From positions 243,437-307,436 of the forward strand of contig JBAZZR010000002.1 of NCBI GenBank assembly GCA_041658665.1: DNA of 64,000 nt, in the 5' to 3' direction. Source of the DNA: Patescibacteria group bacterium (lineage in GTDB: Bacteria > Patescibacteriota > Patescibacteriia > Patescibacteriales > UBA12465). The stretch's first letter is position 1. The number at the start of each line of letters is the position of its first letter. Shown piece by piece: positions 58,295-64,000 of this stretch. The notes beneath the pieces were generated by a model. That model was given only the letters and a program-made list of their open reading frames with translations, was not told the origin of the DNA and did no database searches. A program made the position numbers and the translations under genes.

Positions 58295-59422
58295 ATGCGC
58301 TTAATAAGTTTACAAGAAAATTTAAAAAGAGGCCTCAATATCGTCGGCCATATTACCACTAAAAATATTAATTTACCGATATTAAATAATATTTTGTTTA
58401 GGGTGGAAAATGGTAATATTGAATTAGTAGGGACTAACTTAGAGGTGGGGATCACTTATCAGTTGAGGGGGAAAATAGAAGGCGAAGGAGCCTTTACGGT
58501 CGACTCTAAACTCATTACCGAGTATGTAAATCTCCTAAGCTCGGGCGAAAAAGTTAAAATTGAAGAAAAGGAAAATGAACTAAAGGTTGAATGTGGTAGC
58601 TATAAAACTAAGATTAAAGGGGAATCGGCTAAAGAGTATCCGCTTATTCCGGCAATTTCCAAAGAGAAGTATTATAGTGGCCGTATTGATGATTTTAGAA
58701 AAGCGTTAAATAGTGTAATTTTCGCTGTCTCTACTAGTGAAAACAGAGTTGAATTAACTGGAGTACTTTTTTCTTTTTTCGAAGATAAGCTTTGTTTGGC
58801 AGCCACTGACAGTTATCGTTTAGCCGAAAAAGAGCTAGTCGTTCGAAATAATGGTTTAAGCGGTGAATATAAAGTCATTGTTCCAGCTAAGACTACTCAG
58901 GAACTACTTCGGATATTAAATAATTTAGAAACAATTTCTTTAGAACAAAATAATGGGGAGATTAAAATATATTTAAGTGATAACCAAATTTTATTTTCGG
59001 TTGATTCGGTTGATCTAATTTCCCGACTTATTAGTGGTCATTACCCCGATTATAAACAAATTATTCCTACTCAGAGTCAAACTAAAATTTTAGTCGATAA
59101 ACAAGAGTTACTCAGAGCGACTAAAGCCGCTGCCTTATTTTCGAAAACCGGTATTAATGATATTTCTCTGGGGTTTTATAAAAATAAAATTGTTGTTTCC
59201 TCGTTTTCTGGCGCTAGCGGTGAAAGTCAAATTGAAATAGAAGCAGAAATTGACGGTCCGGATAATGAAATCACGATAAATTATAGATTTTTATTAGATG
59301 GTTTAAATAATATTGATACGGACTTAGTTCGGATTTTTATTTTAAATACTAACTCCCCTTGTTTGTTAAAAACAGAAAAAGGAGAAGATTATTTATATAT
59401 TGTCATGCCGATAAAACAATAA
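58295..59422 (+). CDS. dnaN: DNA polymerase III beta sliding clamp
   Basis: 375 aa with a three-domain clamp pattern. N-terminal MRLISLQENLKRGLNIVGHITTKNINLPILNNILF. Confidence 0.85.
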   Translation: MRLISLQENLKRGLNIVGHITTKNINLPILNNILFRVENGNIELVGTNLEVGITYQLRGKIEGEGAFTVDSKLITEYVNLLSSGEKVKIEEKENELKVECGSYKTKIKGESAKEYPLIPAISKEKYYSGRIDDFRKALNSVIFAVSTSENRVELTGVLFSFFEDKLCLAATDSYRLAEKELVVRNNGLSGEYKVIVPAKTTQELLRILNNLETISLEQNNGEIKIYLSDNQILFSVDSVDLISRLISGHYPDYKQIIPTQSQTKILVDKQELLRATKAAALFSKTGINDISLGFYKNKIVVSSFSGASGESQIEIEAEIDGPDNEITINYRFLLDGLNNIDTDLVRIFILNTNSPCLLKTEKGEDYLYIVMPIKQ

Positions 59423-59439
59423 AATATTAGGAACAATTA

Positions 59440-59474
59440 TAAAAAAAGACCGGCCTAATAGGGTCGGTCTTTTG
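59440..59474. terminator. Bidirectional intrinsic terminator between dnaN and the PBP gene
   Basis: aaaaaaagaccggcctaatagggtcggtcttttg seen directly. Confidence 0.5.
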
Positions 59475-59491
59475 AAATTTGAGGTAGTCGC

Positions 59492-62341
59492 TTACTCTAC
59501 TAGTATTTTAAGTTCATTACTTTTTATTATTGTGCCATTCCAGTCAGCTAACTCAGAATAAAGGTACCAGGACCCGGTTGGTAGAATATTATTTAAGCTA
59601 ATATTAATATTTTTATTATCAATATTATCAAAGCCTCCCAGAGTCACCAGTTTACTAGTTGTTAGGGCCCGAGCCATTATTTTTATTTTAACTACCCGTT
59701 CTGGTATTTTAACTTGCAAGGCGATGTTTATTAGGGAACCGTCTTTTTTAAATTTTGTTTCACCGGCTGGTAAGCTTATTTTTAGGGAGTTAGTACTGGC
59801 GGAGATGGGATTATTTTTGATTAAGACATTAAAGTCGGCATTAGCGACGGTACAATTTTCTACGTCATCGCAGGCGTTCGCTTTCAAGGAGTGGTAGCCA
59901 TTATTCAAGAAACTAATATTTTTAGTAAAATTTTCTTGATTAGCATATTTTGTTTCCCAAAGATTACTATTGATATAGTAATCAATGCGAGTTATTCCTC
60001 TCGTTGAAGAAGCGGTCACCTGGACAGTTAGTTCGGAAATATTGATTATTTGGTTTTTTAGAGGAGAAATAATTACTATTTTTGGTAGATTTTCTGGGCG
60101 GTGGAGAGCTTCATCTGAAGAACTAGAGATTAATGATGAACTAGCGTTTTTTTCTGCCCAGCTTTTGATAACCTTTTCCCATAAATTAAATTGGGGATCG
60201 ATATTGGGGTCTAGGGGGGCTGATCCCAGAGGGTTGTCCTTGTCTACATAATACAAGATGCTGTGGTAAGCAGGAACGGCCCGCTCTTCGATTAATTCGG
60301 GAGGGGTAGAACTATCAGCCACGAATCCTGTTTCTTTATTCACACTGACCGTTTCTGAGGAGAGTCGCCCGTCGAGGATGTCTTTACCAGTTTTATAGTC
60401 ATCTGGTGCCGGAAAATTTTCTACCGGGGATTTGTCTAGAGCCTGGGCCATAAAATCATGCCAAATAGGAGCGGCCAAAACACTGCCGTCCGCTTTTCCT
60501 TTCATGGCCTGATTATTACTATTGCCGACCCAAACTCCGGCGACGAGAGACGGGGTATAGCCGATAGTCCAAGCATCATGGTAATCATTAGTTGTTCCTG
60601 TTTTAGCACCGACAGGACGGTTATTTAAAGTGAGGAAATTTTTAGCACCAAAAATATAAGTGCGTGCGTTATTATCACTTAAAATACTATTAATCATTTT
60701 AACGACCTTAGAATCTAAGGCTTTTCTCGCTGAGGGGGTGTATTCTTCGATAATGCGGCCATTCTTATCTTCTATTTTTAGGAGGCCAGTCACTTGATTA
60801 ACTTGACCGTCATTAGCAAAAACACTATAAGCATTTACATGCTCTAGTAATTTTACTTCCGCTCCGCCTAAAACTAGAGATAGCCCGAAACGGCTGCGCG
60901 GGTAGAGAGTTGAATAGCCGAGATTTTCTGCTAAATCTATAACACTATTTATGCCGGCCAGATAAATAGCTTTAACGGCCGGGATATTAAGTGATCCAGC
61001 TAAAGCTTGGCGAATAGAAACCGGCCCATATTCTTTATTGTTATAATTATGTGGTTCATATTTTTGTTTTTGGTCGGTAGAAAAATTAGTGACTACGTCA
61101 TAAAGAATAGTGTCGGGGGTATAGCCCTTTTCGAATAAGGCCGCATACACAATTGGTTTCATGGATGATCCCGGTTGTCTGGGACGCGTCGAGACATTTA
61201 CCTGACCGTCGATTGAATCATCGAAGTAATCTCGCGAGCCAACCATGCTTAATATTTGGCCGGTTTTGGGATCAATAGCTATGAGGGCCGCATTATTAGC
61301 GCCATATTTTTCCGAATAATTTTTTGTCCGAGTAGCAATAACTTCTTCGGCTATTTTTTGTTTGTCGAGGTCTAGCGTAGTATATATTTTCAGACCGCCC
61401 TGTTCAATAGTTTTTTCGCCATATTTTTCCGACAGCAGATCTTTAATATACATGATAAAATGAGGAGCAATAATATTAGTTTCCGGCCCCTTGAATTTTA
61501 TTTCCTGCTGTTTAGCTAAATCACGCTCCGTGGTTGAAATATATTTTTGTTCAACCATTAAGTCTAGGACATAATCCTTTCTGGCTAGAAGAATATCTTT
61601 ATTAGGACCATAAGGAGAGTAACGACTAGGAGTTTGAACAATTGCCGCGAGAATCGCTGCTTCCGCCAAAGAAACATTAGTTATACTTTTACCAAAGTAT
61701 TTCTGACTCGCTGCTTCAATTCCATAAGCATTAGAGCCATAAGGTATTTCGTTCAGATACATTTGGAGAATTTCGTCCTTAGAAAATTTTTTCTCGAGGC
61801 GATAGGAGAGAATTAATTCCTTTATTTTTCTGGCAATAGTTTTTTCTGGGCTCAAAACGGCATTTTTTATAAATTGTTGAGTCAGAGTAGAACCACCAGC
61901 GTTGCGGCTGAAGATTAAATTAGTAATTACTGTTCTAAACATGGCCCAAACACTAAAAGCGCCGTGGTTATAAAAATTTTTATCTTCAATGGCGATGGTG
62001 GCTTGTTTAACTTGGTTCGGAATATCTTTGAGGTCGATTAAGGTTCTTTTTTGGTCACCACTTATTTCATATAAAATATGCTCGCCCGTGCGGTCATAAA
62101 TTTTAGTACTTTGTGCTATTTCCCGATTAATTAGTTGGTTAGGGTTAGGGAGGTCCCGGGAAATCCAAAAAGCATAAATTGAGCCTAAGACAGCGAGGGA
62201 AAGACAGATAAGTATCCCTGCTAAAAAGATTCTTTTTAATAAACGTCCTTTCTCTTTCCGGCTGCCAGCTTTTATCCCACGCGCGTTTTTATATTCGCTC
62301 CAAGCGTCGGAGTGACTTTTTTTGAGTTGTTTAATTGGCAT
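59492..62341 (-). CDS. Class A penicillin-binding protein (transglycosylase plus transpeptidase) with C-terminal extension of about 250 aa
   Basis: GT51 motifs (RNAGGSTLTQQFIKN), transpeptidase SSMKP (SxxK), SLN and KTGT. N-terminal TM anchor. Confidence 0.85.
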   Translation of the reverse strand: MPIKQLKKSHSDAWSEYKNARGIKAGSRKEKGRLLKRIFLAGILICLSLAVLGSIYAFWISRDLPNPNQLINREIAQSTKIYDRTGEHILYEISGDQKRTLIDLKDIPNQVKQATIAIEDKNFYNHGAFSVWAMFRTVITNLIFSRNAGGSTLTQQFIKNAVLSPEKTIARKIKELILSYRLEKKFSKDEILQMYLNEIPYGSNAYGIEAASQKYFGKSITNVSLAEAAILAAIVQTPSRYSPYGPNKDILLARKDYVLDLMVEQKYISTTERDLAKQQEIKFKGPETNIIAPHFIMYIKDLLSEKYGEKTIEQGGLKIYTTLDLDKQKIAEEVIATRTKNYSEKYGANNAALIAIDPKTGQILSMVGSRDYFDDSIDGQVNVSTRPRQPGSSMKPIVYAALFEKGYTPDTILYDVVTNFSTDQKQKYEPHNYNNKEYGPVSIRQALAGSLNIPAVKAIYLAGINSVIDLAENLGYSTLYPRSRFGLSLVLGGAEVKLLEHVNAYSVFANDGQVNQVTGLLKIEDKNGRIIEEYTPSARKALDSKVVKMINSILSDNNARTYIFGAKNFLTLNNRPVGAKTGTTNDYHDAWTIGYTPSLVAGVWVGNSNNQAMKGKADGSVLAAPIWHDFMAQALDKSPVENFPAPDDYKTGKDILDGRLSSETVSVNKETGFVADSSTPPELIEERAVPAYHSILYYVDKDNPLGSAPLDPNIDPQFNLWEKVIKSWAEKNASSSLISSSSDEALHRPENLPKIVIISPLKNQIINISELTVQVTASSTRGITRIDYYINSNLWETKYANQENFTKNISFLNNGYHSLKANACDDVENCTVANADFNVLIKNNPISASTNSLKISLPAGETKFKKDGSLINIALQVKIPERVVKIKIMARALTTSKLVTLGGFDNIDNKNINISLNNILPTGSWYLYSELADWNGTIIKSNELKILVE

Positions 62342-62512
62342 ATCATAAATTTATATGAGTATTATATCATAGTTAGGCTTTTCTAGCAGGATTTATTGGG
62401 ATGACTAGTCACGGCGGGGGAGAGCTGTCTAAATTTTTTAGATTATTATATAATATTTAGGCGACGAGTTAAATATTTGTCTGATAATTTTACGGAAAGT
62501 TAGTCTAATAAT

Positions 62513-63307
62513 ATGAATTTTATTAGTAGTTTTGATAATCCAACAATTAAGAAGATTAGCCGACTCCAGAAAAACGGTGAAAGTAGTAAGCAGGGGATAT
62601 TTCTGGTCGACGGTGAGCGGGAAATTTTTTTAGCCCTCCAGGCGAAGTTTGAATTGGTTAATTTATTTTATTGTCCGGAGTTAAATCCTCATACTGATAA
62701 GTTTATTAAGTTATCTAAGGCTATTTCCCCGTCAGATATTATTCAGGTTTCGAGCGGTGTTTTTAAGAAAATATGTTATAAGGAAAAGCCAGAGGGATTT
62801 TTAGCTAGTTTTAAGCGGAAAACACTAAGCATCGCCGATCTCAAATTAACCAAAGATCCTTTAGTGATTGTTTTAGAAAAAGTAGAAAAGCCGGGGAACT
62901 TAGGGGCTATTTTACGGACTGCCTACGCCGCTGGTAGCAAAATTATCATTCTTAATGACAGTCAGACGGACATTTATAATCCTAACGTAATTAGGGCCAG
63001 CGAAGGATATGTTTTTTTCGAACAAATTATTAACCTCCCTTTGGCAGAAACCACTAGCTGGTTGAAGAAGAATAAAATTACTAGTCTGGCGGCGGCAACT
63101 AGCGGTCGGGTAAATTATACCAACGCTAATTTAGCTGGTGCCGTAGCTCTTATTTTTGGTTCTGAAGCGACGGGGTTAAGTCGCCAGTGGCTTAAGTTAG
63201 CCGACACACTTATTAAAATACCCATGTCTAAAGGCGTCGATTCTTTAAACGTTTCCGTCTCAGCGGCCATTATTATTTTTGAGTCTTTAAGACAAAGAAA
63301 TTTGTAA
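62513..63307 (+). CDS. SpoU/TrmH-family RNA 2'-O-methyltransferase (RlmB-like)
   Basis: SPOUT motifs LVIVLEKVEKPGNLGAILRTAYAAGS, LIFGSEATGLS and IPMSKGVDSLNVSVSAAIIIFE. Confidence 0.8.
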   Translation: MNFISSFDNPTIKKISRLQKNGESSKQGIFLVDGEREIFLALQAKFELVNLFYCPELNPHTDKFIKLSKAISPSDIIQVSSGVFKKICYKEKPEGFLASFKRKTLSIADLKLTKDPLVIVLEKVEKPGNLGAILRTAYAAGSKIIILNDSQTDIYNPNVIRASEGYVFFEQIINLPLAETTSWLKKNKITSLAAATSGRVNYTNANLAGAVALIFGSEATGLSRQWLKLADTLIKIPMSKGVDSLNVSVSAAIIIFESLRQRNL

Positions 63308-63420
63308 TTTTATTTAAAATATCATAAATTTTAGTAATTTATAATTGGCAGTAAATAATTGACAATAAATTTGATTTTTATTAATATGAGAAATAATTAT
63401 ATCTTTTATAATTATTTTTT

Positions 63421-63492
63421 GCGCCCGTAGTTCAGCGGATAGAACGGGAGCCTTCTAAGCTCTAGACGAGGGTTCGACTCCCCCCGGGCGTA
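63421..63492 (+). tRNA. tRNA-Arg (anticodon UCU)
   Basis: gcgcccgtagttcagcggatagaacgggagcCTTCTAAgctct..ttcgact..cgggcgta, anticodon loop cuUCUaa. There is one mismatch in the T stem. Confidence 0.7.
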
Positions 63493-63518
63493 CGTTTCTT
63501 CGAGAAACGAATAAGTAT

Positions 63519-63590
63519 GGTGCCTATGGTTTAATGGTAGAACGGCGGGTTGTGGTCCCGCTAGCCTGGGTCCGATTCCCAGTAGGCACC
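63519..63590 (+). tRNA. tRNA-His (anticodon GUG) with genomically encoded G-1 opposite C73
   Basis: g-gtgcctatggtttaatggtagaacggcgggtTGTGGTcccgc...ccagtaggcacc, anticodon loop uuGUGgu. The extra 5' G pairs with the discriminator C. Confidence 0.8.
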
Positions 63591-63610
63591 CCGATATAAA
63601 AATAAGCTAT

Positions 63611-64000
63611 GGCTAAAAAATCATTATTAACTAATTTCACCTTCTGGCGGTATTTAATTAATTTCTGGTCGCTTTTATTTTGGTCATTAATTATTTATGA
63701 TTTTTTAGGCGGTAGTTCGGGGAGCGCTGTTTTAGATGTTGTTTCGATGATTTATATTGGGGTTTTGGCTATTTATGTTAGTAATAAAGAATTCGAGCGC
63801 TGGTATGATCAGCATAGTGAAAAACATCCCGGCGAAGTTTTTGTTATTATTTGGTCAATTCTAGTTTTTAGTTTGATTATTCCCGATATTTTCCAGATTA
63901 AGTCCTATCATCTGCCGAGCGCTGTTGTCTCGGCCTATATTGCGGTATTAACGCTTTTAGCGGTTACTAGAAAATCTAAACAAATTTATCAGCGCCGGCA
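63611..64000 (+). CDS. Hypothetical membrane protein, N-terminal fragment (runs off the window end)
   Basis: The ATG at 63611 opens a frame that stays open to the window edge. Several hydrophobic helices. Absent from the ORF track because it has no stop. Confidence 0.3.

Overview
This 64-kb window comes from a low-GC (about 38%, by eye) bacterial chromosome that uses the standard genetic code. The gene content suggests a small-genome, CPR/Patescibacteria-like organism; that is an inference, not a demonstrated placement. The evidence for it: substrate-binding proteins anchored by transmembrane helices, a stand-alone trpB, many glycosyltransferases, arrays of VirB2/TrbC-like pilins, and a 16S gene not linked to a 23S gene.

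Core content:
- The chromosomal origin region: rpmH-rnpA-yidD-yidC on the minus strand and dnaA-dnaN on the plus strand, with DnaA boxes and a switch in gene orientation between them.
- A complete 16S rRNA gene with its own sigma70-like promoter, an 18-nt processing stem and a terminator. The next gene after it is trpS on the opposite strand, so no 23S follows.
- Twelve tRNA genes, including a tRNA-Ile with a UAU anticodon and a tRNA-His with an encoded G-1.
- An operon of aminoacyl-tRNA synthetases (valS-pheS-pheT), the cluster der-pth-dprA-topA, the cluster infC-rpmI-rplT-secG, and ppsA, lgt, trxB, rnj, a class A PBP, Hsp20, VanW and an LCP protein.

Accessory content and the most interesting signal: a tandem array of six paralogous small secreted proteins (a seventh sits about 6 kb upstream). 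Each has a signal peptide, a variable ectodomain and a VirB2/TrbC-like hairpin of two transmembrane helices around a conserved W-M-T-A-G-G-N-E-E-K loop. The array lies immediately next to a lipid-linked glycosylation module: a Dpm1-like GT2 plus two large polytopic GT-C/Wzy-like membrane proteins. A 3D-domain lytic-transglycosylase-like protein lies nearby. No T4SS ATPases or channel components are in the window.

Other notable points:
- A second glycan cluster (GT2, GH5-like, DMT, GT28-like) and an MBOAT O-acyltransferase pair.
- A stand-alone trpB next to trpS, preceded by about 500 nt of ORF-free, structured leader.
- A degenerate DHH/NrnA-like protein, a 125-bp MITE-like inverted repeat, and an AT-rich tRNA island with paired palindromes.
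- No CRISPR array, transposase or integrase was seen.
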